A stretch of 34,325 nucleotides of DNA, from the NCBI GenBank assembly GCA_965369365.1, contig CBDUQO010000003.1, forward strand, positions 1 to 34,325. The letters run 5' to 3'. A model generated the notes under the pieces. It was not told the DNA's origin. It did no database searches and was given only the letters and a program-made list of their open reading frames with translations. The position numbers and the translations under genes are program-made. Source of the DNA: an uncultured Methanosarcinales archaeon. Lineage in GTDB: Archaea; Halobacteriota; Methanosarcinia; Methanosarcinales; Methanogasteraceae. Below, piece after piece: positions 1-9,123 of the stretch; the first letter of the stretch is position 1, and every line of letters begins with the position of its first letter.

Positions 1-169
1 TGATGCGGGTTGATGTAGTGTGGTGCGCGTGGGTGGGGGAGTAAGTTGCTACGTGGTTAGTGGTAGCTGGCACTCTGGTTTTGGTAATTTGGTGTGTGAC
101 TGAACAGTAGTTTCAACTTATGGGATACTTTTACCATACTTTTTGGAGTGGATACTCTACATCTCTATT

Positions 170-247
170 ATTCGTGCGATTCATTTACTCGTGTCATTCG
201 TGATCCCTTCTGCCGATTTATCACGAATGGGCGAATGACACGAATTT
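170..247. repeat. REP-like imperfect inverted repeat (CACGAAT family)
   Basis: attcgtgcgattc...tcgtgtcattcgtgat is followed by atcacgaatgggcgaatgacacgaat; the same family occurs at 21053-21140. Confidence 0.7.
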
Positions 248-427
248 TAACAGGTTATTTTTTAGCAAGCCCAAAGAAGAATTTGATGAGATATAGAGTG
301 TGCTCAGGGCGCACAGGCTGATTGACAAATAACGCTCCGCAGTCTGGAAACGAGACTTTTTAATTTATTCTGGTCGGTTGAACAGCACGATATCAATCCT
401 GCAAATAGTGGTGCGATCGGACTTCCG

Positions 428-510
428 AAATCAGTGAAATCAGTGAAATCAGTGTTGATCTGTGGCAAATAACACTTTTAGCCACAGATTAACACGGATT
501 TCACAGATTA
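428..510. repeat. REP-like inverted repeat with a 9-bp tandem unit (CACAGAT/CACGGAT family)
   Basis: (aaatcagtg)x3-ttgatctgtggc pairs with gccacagattaacacggatttcacagatt; related copies at ~2320, ~4375 and ~15518. Confidence 0.75.
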
Positions 511-710
511 ACGATGTGGAGGATCTTCCAGATCGATAGTGCTCAATTCTAACAGTTGTGCTTACAGAAGACAACCCTGGGTAACCAGAAAATAATAAAA
601 AGTCTCTCAGGAGTGATTGTTTCTCACGCTTTAATTCCTCTATCGCTTTTTTCTGATTCTGATGGATTCTGTGGTTTTCAAAAGATGCCAAGGATGGTGG
701 GTTTTTCAAT

Positions 711-768
711 CTTTGCGCCCTTGCGGCTTTGTTTCCCAATTCAACGCGAAGACGCAAAGACGAGAAAG
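711..768. repeat. REP-like inverted repeat (CGCAAAG family)
   Basis: ctttgcgcccttgcgg ... acgcgaagacgcaaag form imperfect inverted arms. Confidence 0.55.
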
Positions 769-979
769 GGAGTTGTTAACCTCTGTATGCACGTCTTGGG
801 GAGAGATCAGCATCCGCGGAACAGATGTTTGTAATTGGGTGCGCCTTCGTGTCTACAATGCAGCCGCATCAGGTCCCCTAAACCCCTTAACCCACACAAC
901 ATTTATACACAAGCAGCCACAATAAGAAAGTAGTGGGTGCATTTTGGGGTCTCACGTAGGTCACAGGGGGACTTGAGCG

Positions 980-2278
980 ATGAAGATAGGGGCAAAACTG
1001 ATGGCGGGCTTTGGGATCATGCTGCTTCTGACAGCAGGTCTTGGAATCGTTGCATACACGCAGGTAGCGACCATGAATCAGGCTCTCTGCCTGACCGAGT
1101 CGACTGCAGTGATCGATGTCCATGCAGGCGAATGCAGGCAGATTGAAAAGAATTTCCAGATCAGAGAGGACCAGGAATCCATCGACACACATGCTCACCT
1201 CCTGATGCACCTAAGAGAGCACCTCGACGCGGTTAAACCGCTTGTTATGAGCAGCGAGGATGAGGCGATCATCGCAGATGCTGAATCAAAGCTCGATGCA
1301 TACGAAGTTGCGTTTGCCCAACTGGTGGCTGACACAAGGAAGATGCGCACAATCGATGATGAATGTGTAGCCAGTGCGAGAGCAATCGAAAACAGTACCA
1401 ATAACGCAGACTACCTCGATTACGCAACAACATCTGCACTGTTGCACGATGTCCTGATGATCAGGCGGCATGAAAAGAACTTACTCCTGCGCGGCGATTA
1501 CGAATACGTTGACAAGGTGAATAACTGGACAAGCACACTCAGGGCAGATATCAACGCTTCTACCCTCGCAACCTCTGATAAGCGTGCGATCACATCAGAG
1601 GTTGATGCGTATCAAGCAACCTTTATGGAACTTGTGACCACCAAAAAACAGATCGATGAATACGTTTCCGAATCAGGTCATGGTGTGACAAGAGACTGTG
1701 ATCAATACCCTGAAACGTCGGCAATAAACGGTTCCGGATCAGGTCCACTTGTGACAAGTGGAAGAGAGGCTCAGGAATGTGTCGTGAAGCTATCGGAGCG
1801 TGCGATCGCAGAAGCAGACAGGGCAGCAGCAACTGCAAGGATTGCGATCATCGGGTTTGTAATCGCTTCAATCATCCTTGGGATACTGATTGCAGCGACA
1901 ATCTCACAATCGATCACCGGACCGCTTGGCAAGGTTATGACCGGCGCAAACAAGATCAGGAACGGCGATTTCAGTTATGACGTCAGGGTTGATTCGAAGG
2001 ATGAACTCGGCGATCTTGCATCGGTATTCGGAATCATGAGGCGGGATCTGCAGGCGGTAATCAATGAGATGAAAAGGGTTGCCGCAGACGCTGCAAAAGG
2101 GAATTTCGATACCCGTGTCAAGATCGATGCAAAAGGCGAGTTTAAGGAGCTTGCGGATGGCATGAATGATATGATCGATGTGATCACGATTCCGATACGT
2201 GAGAACATCCGGATTCTTGATTCGTATGGTATAGAGAGATCTGATGGGGTGGATGATATGGAATCTGATAATCAGTGA
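980..2278 (+). CDS. MCP-like membrane receptor: TM, helical extracellular sensor, TM, HAMP repeats; no cytoplasmic signalling domain
   Basis: N-terminal MKIGAKLMAGFG TM helix; two RxxEKN helical-bundle motifs; second TM; HAMP motifs (ITGPL...GDF...DELGDL and GNFDTR...GEFKEL); ends at the start of a further HAMP. Confidence 0.8.
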   Translation: MKIGAKLMAGFGIMLLLTAGLGIVAYTQVATMNQALCLTESTAVIDVHAGECRQIEKNFQIREDQESIDTHAHLLMHLREHLDAVKPLVMSSEDEAIIADAESKLDAYEVAFAQLVADTRKMRTIDDECVASARAIENSTNNADYLDYATTSALLHDVLMIRRHEKNLLLRGDYEYVDKVNNWTSTLRADINASTLATSDKRAITSEVDAYQATFMELVTTKKQIDEYVSESGHGVTRDCDQYPETSAINGSGSGPLVTSGREAQECVVKLSERAIAEADRAAATARIAIIGFVIASIILGILIAATISQSITGPLGKVMTGANKIRNGDFSYDVRVDSKDELGDLASVFGIMRRDLQAVINEMKRVAADAAKGNFDTRVKIDAKGEFKELADGMNDMIDVITIPIRENIRILDSYGIERSDGVDDMESDNQ

Positions 2279-2319
2279 CAAGTGATTCGTTTCAGGGCAT
2301 TCCCTTCAAATTAATTGGT

Positions 2320-2370
2320 AACACGGATTTCACTGATTTAAGGCAACATCTGCGTGAATTATGAAATCCG
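2320..2370. repeat. Degenerate REP-like repeat (CACGGAT family)
   Basis: aacacggatttcactgatt matches 491-509. Confidence 0.5.
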
Positions 2371-2504
2371 GATTTACGATACATATCACAAACCACCGAT
2401 TTTTTAGATAGTGTCTCGGTTACCACTTAATTTGAAGCGGGCACCCGGGATCGACGTATTGTATAACCATCAGCCGCAGAATTAACTAACGGGACCTGGG
2501 TGTG

Positions 2505-3611
2505 ATGAACAAAGAGATCCATCGATATGAGCTGACATATATTCCTGACGCCCCATATATAGTCGCGGGTCTCCATTTCTTCAAGAAAAATGATATCCGC
2601 GACCTGTGGCAGAAAGGAACGGTTGTGCTGACCGCAACCGAGTTATGGCTCCCGAAGGAGGATCAATGGGACATCCTGCCGCTTACCGCCGTCGAGATGT
2701 TCGGGAGAACGCTCCCGGCATCATCGATGCGGGACGTGATCGCCACAACCGGGCACACATCTGTTCTTGTCGTCGATTACACAAAGCAGTCGTCGTTTGG
2801 CACACATGCGTTCACCTCAACGATCATATTCGCGGGCAAGAAGGATGCGATCGTGGACATGCGAGCCCGGATGGCGCGCCTTCTGGGCTTGTCCAGATAC
2901 AGAGATCTGGAACTGACCGAACACGACAAAAAACTGCTGTATCTGTTGTCAGAGGGGGTGAAGAAGAAACCCCTCCTTCTCATGATCTTTAATGGCAAGA
3001 AAGAGGACTTGCAAAAGAGTTTCGACAATCTGAAACATGCCAGCTTGTGCGCGAAATCGGCAGCCCTCACCAGTAAAGGATGGGACGTTGTGGCAAGAAT
3101 CACGGTTATGATGGGGGAGGAACTCGGCGAGGACGTGATAGCCATGCTTAAGGGTCTGGATCTGGGCGGTGGAAGTGAGGCGGTGAACACGGTCTCTTGG
3201 TCGAATGGAAACTCGTACATGGTCGGCAGAGTTGAGAAGGAGAAGCTCTGGCAGCAGGTCCCGTTCCCCGTAGTCGCGGATGTCGAGTTGCGCGATATGG
3301 GACTGCAGCTTCTGATCACAACGATCCACGGGGCAACGATCCGGATCAAGTCGGACAATCCAATGATTCTGATGCCGTTATTCGATATGGTGCGGACTGC
3401 CCGAGAAGGAATTTCATTTGAAAGCGAGCCGAGAAAACATATCGCGAATATGCTGGCGCTCGGTGTCCAGGAGATCAAAATCATATCGGGTATTCTGAAG
3501 ATTACAAAGAACAATGTTAAGAAGGAGTTAGATCAAATGTTTAATGAGGGAGTTATCAACGGGAAATGCGAAATGATAGCAGAAGGGGGCGATCTCGATG
3601 AGACTGATTGA
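2505..3611 (+). CDS. CheF-like archaeal chemotaxis adaptor-family protein (PH-like and winged-helix modules)
   Basis: WQKGTVVLT..ELWL...ILPL resembles the CheF PH-like segment; LTEHDKKLLYLLSEGV...LTSKG and a second C-terminal wHTH-like segment; lies next to an MCP-like gene. ATG at 2505, GTG alternative at 2502. Confidence 0.55.
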   Translation: MNKEIHRYELTYIPDAPYIVAGLHFFKKNDIRDLWQKGTVVLTATELWLPKEDQWDILPLTAVEMFGRTLPASSMRDVIATTGHTSVLVVDYTKQSSFGTHAFTSTIIFAGKKDAIVDMRARMARLLGLSRYRDLELTEHDKKLLYLLSEGVKKKPLLLMIFNGKKEDLQKSFDNLKHASLCAKSAALTSKGWDVVARITVMMGEELGEDVIAMLKGLDLGGGSEAVNTVSWSNGNSYMVGRVEKEKLWQQVPFPVVADVELRDMGLQLLITTIHGATIRIKSDNPMILMPLFDMVRTAREGISFESEPRKHIANMLALGVQEIKIISGILKITKNNVKKELDQMFNEGVINGKCEMIAEGGDLDETD

Positions 3612-4299
3612 TTCACTGGAGGGCTTGAACAGGGTCTTTGAGACCGATATAATCGAAAGCAGTATCGTAATCGTCGAAGGAGCCGAAGGCACTGCGAAAT
3701 CAGGATTTGTATATCACATGCTCTCGAATCATCTCGAATCAACAGGTAAGTATGGCATCTATGTCACGCTCGAGCAGCGGAAGGAGAGTCATCTTGCAAA
3801 CATGCACAGCATGGGAATACCCATATCAAAGCAGCTTATTATATCAGATTTTAGCGAGTACCGGCAGAAGTTTGATCATAAGACGCAGGACATAATCGGC
3901 ATGATCGAGACGAATATCATGCTCTTCAAGGAGAGAGCCGGTGACAAATTCGGCTATTTTGCGCTTGATTCACTCGGTGCACTCTATTCGCTTCTCAACT
4001 TGCAGGAAACCCCTGTACGAAAGCAGATGTACCGGTTCTTTGATGCGCTGCGGCAGGAGCGGCTAACATCATTCATCATCCTTGAAGAGACCGGGATTTC
4101 AACACAGGGTCAGGTGTTAGGCTCTGAGCCATATATTGCGGACGGAATCATCGAACTCGGAATAAGGCGGCACGGGGGCAGGTTCGCAAGGGATCTGCGG
4201 GTGCGCAAGATGCGTGCCGCAAAACACAGCATGGAACCGTGGATATTCGAGATCACTCCTTCCGGAATCGTGGTTAAGGAGGAGACGACATCGGATTGA
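3598..4299 (+). CDS. KaiC/RAD55 family single-domain RecA-superfamily ATPase
   Basis: Walker A variant GAEGTAKS, YVTLEQ, Walker B ALDSLG, YIADGIIEL, RDLRVRKMR; overlaps the upstream gene by 14 nt. Confidence 0.9.
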   Translation: MRLIDSLEGLNRVFETDIIESSIVIVEGAEGTAKSGFVYHMLSNHLESTGKYGIYVTLEQRKESHLANMHSMGIPISKQLIISDFSEYRQKFDHKTQDIIGMIETNIMLFKERAGDKFGYFALDSLGALYSLLNLQETPVRKQMYRFFDALRQERLTSFIILEETGISTQGQVLGSEPYIADGIIELGIRRHGGRFARDLRVRKMRAAKHSMEPWIFEITPSGIVVKEETTSD

Positions 4300-4374
4300 A
4301 TCTGATATGAGAAATAGCTCGTGACGAATTGTTTTGGAATCTTTCTGGTTTGTTATATGTGCGTGTTTAGGCAA

Positions 4375-4400
4375 CCACAAGATTACACCGATTTTCACGA
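4375..4400. repeat. REP-like repeat between convergent genes
   Basis: acaagattacaccgattttcacga is nearly identical to acaagattacacagattttcacga at 15518-15541. Confidence 0.55.
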
Positions 4401-4445
4401 TAAGGACTGCTGACTTCTTGCGTCAATCCCATGGTTTTCCCGTTT

Positions 4446-6017
4446 TCACTTACGCGTTAACCCCCCCCCCGTCCCATCCGTAATCTTCAGCGCATACCGT
4501 AAACCATCCTGCAGCGTCCGCCTTGTCACGAGTTCTGAAGTGTCCATGCCAAGATCAACAAGCGTATGCGCAGACTCGGGTCGCACTCCTGTGATGATGC
4601 ATGTTGCGCCGAGCAGTTGCGTGGCTCTGACGATCTTGATCAGTTGACCTGTCACGTACGTATCGATTTCATAAACGCCGGTCACGTCCAGTATCACGAC
4701 GTCTGACTGTGTCCGTGTGATCTCAGTCAGAAGCGTCTCCATGATCGTTGCGATCCTGTGTTTATCGATCATTCCGATGAGCGGCAGCGCAAGGATCCTG
4801 TCCCAGACCGCAACAACCGGCGCGGACAAGCCTTCCTGAGAGATTCGCAGTTTATCCACGAGTTCCTTTAAGTACTCCTCTGATTCTACAAGTTTTTTCG
4901 TCCGCTCCTCGACCTGCAACTCGAGGCTTACGTTAGACTCCTCCAGTGCAATCCTTGATCTCTTGATCTCGCAGATCATCTCGTCAAACGATCTTGAGAG
5001 ATCCCCGATCTCATCTTCCGCTTCTGTTCTGACTTTACGATCCAGGTTCCCGTTCTTCACCTCTTCAACGCCAATAGAAAGATTTAAAATTGGTTTTGTT
5101 ATCTGTCCGGTGAGCATCATGGAAACTGCAATGCCTGCAATCATGAGAACTATAATGAGTATCATTGCTATGCATGTCAGCTCGGCAAGCGGTGCGAGTG
5201 CTTCCTCTTCGTTCATCTCTGCAACCAGCACCCAGTCCATCTCATCAACATGTTTGTGAACCTGTAGAACACTTATGCCCCGATAATCCGTGGTCATGAC
5301 CGCGGCATTTTCACAATTCCCGCCATCCACATGTATGACCACACTGGCTTTCATATCTAAAACAGCACCCTCCACAAACCTCGATGGTGATATCATGTAG
5401 CCGTCACCGTTTACAAGATATATCTCCCCGGTTTCACCGAGACCAGTGCGCTCTGTTGTGATCGTAAATAATTCCTTTTCAGCGTCAAAATTCAGCACAA
5501 GAACTCCTGAAAATTCGCCGTTTAACAGGATCGGTGCTGATACGCTGATAACAGTGTTTCCGGTGAATTCGGAGCTGTGGATGTCTCCGATGTAAACCCC
5601 GTCTGTTCCTTTCAGGAAGATGTCACTGGTGCTTCTGTCAAACCCTGTGTCATCGTTGCTGGAGGCAATTACGGTACCATTTGTATCCAGTACTCGGATC
5701 CTTGAAACATCATCATGGCTCTCTATTACACTTTTCAACCTCCGGTTAACTTGCTCCATCCTCCACGTGTACTCTTTCTGCTCATCTACCGCGTCCCGGA
5801 AGGGATTTCCTGCCGCAAGCATCACGGTGAGCTCTTTATATCCGGTTAAAACCGTCTCAACATGATCCACCCTCGACTGTACAGTCGACTCCAGGCGGTG
5901 GTGAACCGCCTCTTCAAGCATATTCTTTGTGATGCTCTGGCTGACCATGATTGTTGCAACGCCGGTCACCATGATGAGTGCGATTGTAATTGCAAATATC
6001 TTCATCCGTATCTTCAT
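4446..6017 (-). CDS. Membrane sensor: TM-Cache-TM-HAMP-coiled coil-STAS (RsbR-like)
   Basis: Cache motifs (VLDTNGTVIAS, GLGETGEIYLVN), HAMP (ITKPI...DEIGDL), STAS (LSAPVVAVWDRILALPLIG, ILDVTGV, LLGATCIITGVRP). Confidence 0.88.
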   Translation of the reverse strand: MKIRMKIFAITIALIMVTGVATIMVSQSITKNMLEEAVHHRLESTVQSRVDHVETVLTGYKELTVMLAAGNPFRDAVDEQKEYTWRMEQVNRRLKSVIESHDDVSRIRVLDTNGTVIASSNDDTGFDRSTSDIFLKGTDGVYIGDIHSSEFTGNTVISVSAPILLNGEFSGVLVLNFDAEKELFTITTERTGLGETGEIYLVNGDGYMISPSRFVEGAVLDMKASVVIHVDGGNCENAAVMTTDYRGISVLQVHKHVDEMDWVLVAEMNEEEALAPLAELTCIAMILIIVLMIAGIAVSMMLTGQITKPILNLSIGVEEVKNGNLDRKVRTEAEDEIGDLSRSFDEMICEIKRSRIALEESNVSLELQVEERTKKLVESEEYLKELVDKLRISQEGLSAPVVAVWDRILALPLIGMIDKHRIATIMETLLTEITRTQSDVVILDVTGVYEIDTYVTGQLIKIVRATQLLGATCIITGVRPESAHTLVDLGMDTSELVTRRTLQDGLRYALKITDGTGGGLTRK

Positions 6018-6063
6018 CTGCCCAGCCCCCCGACCAATTCCGAATCCGGAACACTACAAACCA

Positions 6064-6825
6064 TCATTTCCCTGCATCCAACCGGTCTATCGCGTACCTG
6101 AGTCCTTCCTGCATATCCACCATCGTGGTAAGCTCGTCGAGATCAACACCCAGATGAACCATCGTCTGCGCAATATCCGGACCGATGCCCGTGATCACGC
6201 ATTCTGCGCCAAGCAGCCTCGATGCACTCACGATCTTCAATAAATGGCTTGTCACATTGGTATCGACCGAACGCACCCCTGTTATGTCAAGTATGATGAT
6301 CTCTGACTGGGTCGCAACGATCCGCTCAAGCATGACCTCTGTTATGGTCTGCGCCCTCTTGCTGTCGATTGACCCGATCAGGGGAAGCGCAAGCACCTGG
6401 TCCCATATCTGAACAACCGGTGTCGACAGCTCATCCTGTGCTGCCCTGAGTTGACTTGCAAGTGATGTGAGTTCCTCTTCTCGCGACACTACTTCTGTCA
6501 CGTCTTGTATCGTCAGGAGTGCCCCGAGATACACCCCCTCCGAATGCACGCCAGTGGCTAAAAAATCCAGATTGCTGTCACCGACCGCAAGTGACATCTT
6601 GACCACATCGTCAGAACCTGATCTAAACTGGTCAAGAACCTCGTTCAGGGTCTGGCTCAGTGACCCGGGATGACACGCAAGAACCTCCTTCCCAACAAGA
6701 TCCTTCGGGAGGTTGAGCATGGTCTCTGCACGGTCGTTTACAAACTCGATTATGTTATCTACGCCTACAAAGATTGTGCCCTCGGCAATGCATGTAAGTA
6801 TCGCCTCCAGTTTCTCCTTATCCAT
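6064..6825 (-). CDS. PAS-STAS protein (RsbR co-antagonist-like)
   Basis: PAS with GKEVLACHP; STAS LSTPVVQIWDQVLALPLIGSIDSKRA and LDITGVRSVDT; ATG 6825 follows a GGTGA RBS (track start 6834). Confidence 0.9.
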   Translation of the reverse strand: MDKEKLEAILTCIAEGTIFVGVDNIIEFVNDRAETMLNLPKDLVGKEVLACHPGSLSQTLNEVLDQFRSGSDDVVKMSLAVGDSNLDFLATGVHSEGVYLGALLTIQDVTEVVSREEELTSLASQLRAAQDELSTPVVQIWDQVLALPLIGSIDSKRAQTITEVMLERIVATQSEIIILDITGVRSVDTNVTSHLLKIVSASRLLGAECVITGIGPDIAQTMVHLGVDLDELTTMVDMQEGLRYAIDRLDAGK

Positions 6826-7903
6826 TGTTATCACCCATTCTGTGCTTTGGTAATGTAAAATAAAATATACTCCCTTCCCCGATCTCGCTCTCAGCCCAGA
6901 TCTTTCCGCCGTGCAGCTCTACGTACCCTTTCGCAAGCGTAAGCCCAATTCCGATCCGGTCACAGTGTCGGGTAAGTGTCGCATCCACCATAAAGAAGCG
7001 ATCAAATATTTTTGGCATATTCTTCTTTGAAATCCCGACACCGCTATCGCTAATCGTTACGATGACATCATCTCCGCGATCATCCATGGAAATTCGGACA
7101 TTTCCGTTGATCCCCATGTAATATGCCGCATTAAACACAATATTGTCTACAACGCGTATGATCTTCTGTTGATCACAGTCGATCGCCAACGACCTCGGTA
7201 TGTTCACGTCAATCGCATGGTTTTTTTCGGCGATCAATGCCTGATGTCGCGCAAGAACCTCGCTTACGACATCATACAACCGTACCGGGGTATAGTTGAG
7301 CGTTAATATGCCCGCATCAAGGTCTGCGAGGTTGAGCATGTCGTCGATCAACAATTTGAGTTTATTTGCATTGACTTTTATATTATAGCTATAACGCTTC
7401 TGCTTATCCGTGAAATCTGTAGACCGAGCCTCGAGCAGATCATTGAACCCGATGACCGCGGCAAGCGGTGTGCGCATCTCATGCGCGACCACGTTGATAA
7501 AATCCACCTTCATCCGCTCCAGTTCTTTCTGCTCGGTCACCTCGTTTGAAATCTCTATGACCCGACGGCTGCCATCGGGTAGGTGGAGTGGTGCAGCCGT
7601 TATCTCAAATATCCGCCCGTCTTTATCGATAGCTGTGTATCTGAACTGATCCGCGCCTTTATGGAGGATCTCCTTGACGCCACAGATTTCGCATGGCTCA
7701 CATCGTCCGGAAAACACTTCATAGCACTTCTTGCCGACGCCGTCACCGAATATCCTGATCAGGAACTCGTTCATGTACACGATTTCGTAGTTCTCGTTTT
7801 CGATTGCCACGCCGGCAGGCATATTCAGAAGCAGCAGTTCAAGCTCTTCCTTGCTATAATCTCCCGAATCTACTGAGTCACTGACTTTTGCAGGAGTCCC
7901 CAT
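6818..7903 (-). CDS. PAS-domain sensor histidine kinase
   Basis: H-box VAHEMRTPL, N-box NIVFNA, DSGVG, IFDRF, GIGL; Cys-rich PAS (CYEVFSGRCEPCEIC); start probably ATG 7903 (track 7921). Confidence 0.92.
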   Translation of the reverse strand: MGTPAKVSDSVDSGDYSKEELELLLLNMPAGVAIENENYEIVYMNEFLIRIFGDGVGKKCYEVFSGRCEPCEICGVKEILHKGADQFRYTAIDKDGRIFEITAAPLHLPDGSRRVIEISNEVTEQKELERMKVDFINVVAHEMRTPLAAVIGFNDLLEARSTDFTDKQKRYSYNIKVNANKLKLLIDDMLNLADLDAGILTLNYTPVRLYDVVSEVLARHQALIAEKNHAIDVNIPRSLAIDCDQQKIIRVVDNIVFNAAYYMGINGNVRISMDDRGDDVIVTISDSGVGISKKNMPKIFDRFFMVDATLTRHCDRIGIGLTLAKGYVELHGGKIWAESEIGEGSIFYFTLPKHRMGDNNG

Positions 7904-8045
7904 AGTCCACCATAATATCATTATAAAGAAAAGTACATAAACGTTGAGGTTGATGAGGGGATACTTTATGTCCCCATTACCGGTTCAGGAGCACTTGTCC
8001 GGAAAATCACTACGGTCGTTCACAGAAAAATTGGGGTCCGCCAAC

Positions 8046-8339
8046 TCAGGTTTCGGCTTTCGATGCTTCCAGCACAGTCAGCCTCTTATCAATCGCCTTT
8101 ATCTCGCCCTCCATCCCCTCGACATCACTGATGACAACATCCGGTTTCTGCAACACCCCGCCCACCTTTATGATGATCCCTGCAACGGTTGCGACCCCGC
8201 CAAAGATGGGTAGCATATCGACCCATATCGGTGAGGAAATCCACCCTATCGCCTTGTCAAGCGCCCATACGGTGACTGCTGCAATGCCAAGCCATATCAG
8301 CACATCCGCAACGTCGTAAGTACGTTCCTTCGTTGTCAT
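8046..8339 (-). CDS. Small hypothetical membrane protein (2 TM plus C-terminal coiled coil)
   Basis: Two hydrophobic segments followed by heptad-like VEGMEGEIKAIDKRLTVLE; start chosen at MTTKE. Confidence 0.6.
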   Translation of the reverse strand: MTTKERTYDVADVLIWLGIAAVTVWALDKAIGWISSPIWVDMLPIFGGVATVAGIIIKVGGVLQKPDVVISDVEGMEGEIKAIDKRLTVLEASKAET

Positions 8340-8502
8340 GATCAACTCTCTGATATGTATTGATATTAACTTGACCACCCCATGCTGTCGCTACTGCCTC
8401 AAAGATCTTAAACGGCACACACCGATTTGATCCACAAGTTACCCCGATTGTGCGCGCCGTTAGGTCGGCAGCCCATATCCCGGATACCTATTGCAGATAC
8501 GC

Positions 8503-9105
8503 TCACACAAATATCGCTGCCGCATAATACGCCCCAAAACAAAGAAGAAACACGCCACATCCTGCCAGGAATGTGCGGTATGTGCGATCAGACATCAGTT
8601 TACCGCCGCTGCCCGATATTATCGAAACAGAGACATACCAGACCATATCGGCGATCCAGTGTCCGATAATGAAGAGCACGGCAGCAACAACCCCCACCCG
8701 AAGCCCGTCCATAACCATGCTATTTCCGATGGTCAGCCACCAGACCAGGAAGTACGGGTTTGACACCGAGGTCAGAGCGCCTGTGACGACAGGACTACCG
8801 GTAACGCCACCTTTCACGTCAAACGTGGCGTTCCTTGACGAGCGTATCGTCATCATCCCGAAGATAATTAGAGCCCCACCCCCTACAAGTGATACAGCAT
8901 TAAAGATTATATCATTTGCGATCGAGAATCCAAGCAATATTACGCCACAGATCAAGACTTCGACCGCCGCATGTCCAAGCACGATCAATGGACCTGCAGT
9001 CCAGCCCCTCCGAAGTGATGCCTCAATGGTTGCAAAGAGCATTGGTCCGGGGACGGCTGCCCCGGTAAGCCCGATGAGAAACCCGATTACAAGCAGCTCG
9101 ATCAT
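8503..9105 (-). CDS. LysE family translocator
   Basis: GLTGAAVPGP, GHAAVE, SNPYFLVWW; fully hydrophobic ~200 aa. Confidence 0.9.
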   Translation of the reverse strand: MIELLVIGFLIGLTGAAVPGPMLFATIEASLRRGWTAGPLIVLGHAAVEVLICGVILLGFSIANDIIFNAVSLVGGGALIIFGMMTIRSSRNATFDVKGGVTGSPVVTGALTSVSNPYFLVWWLTIGNSMVMDGLRVGVVAAVLFIIGHWIADMVWYVSVSIISGSGGKLMSDRTYRTFLAGCGVFLLCFGAYYAAAIFV

Positions 9106-9123
9106 GCGCCATATGCCACTTGA

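Noticed and set aside
417-430. acttccgaaa resembling the MITE TIR core
   Set aside because: There is no partner TIR or MITE body nearby; probably chance
428-454. (aaatcagtg)x3 as a CRISPR array
   Set aside because: These are 9-bp tandem units without spacers, and there are no cas genes in the window
449-925. Short ORFs 449-757, 556-834 and 662-925
   Set aside because: They run through REP-like repeats and show no recognisable protein features
4461-4470. C10 homopolymer as a phase-variation switch
   Set aside because: It lies in the last few codons after the STAS domain, so slippage would change only the tail
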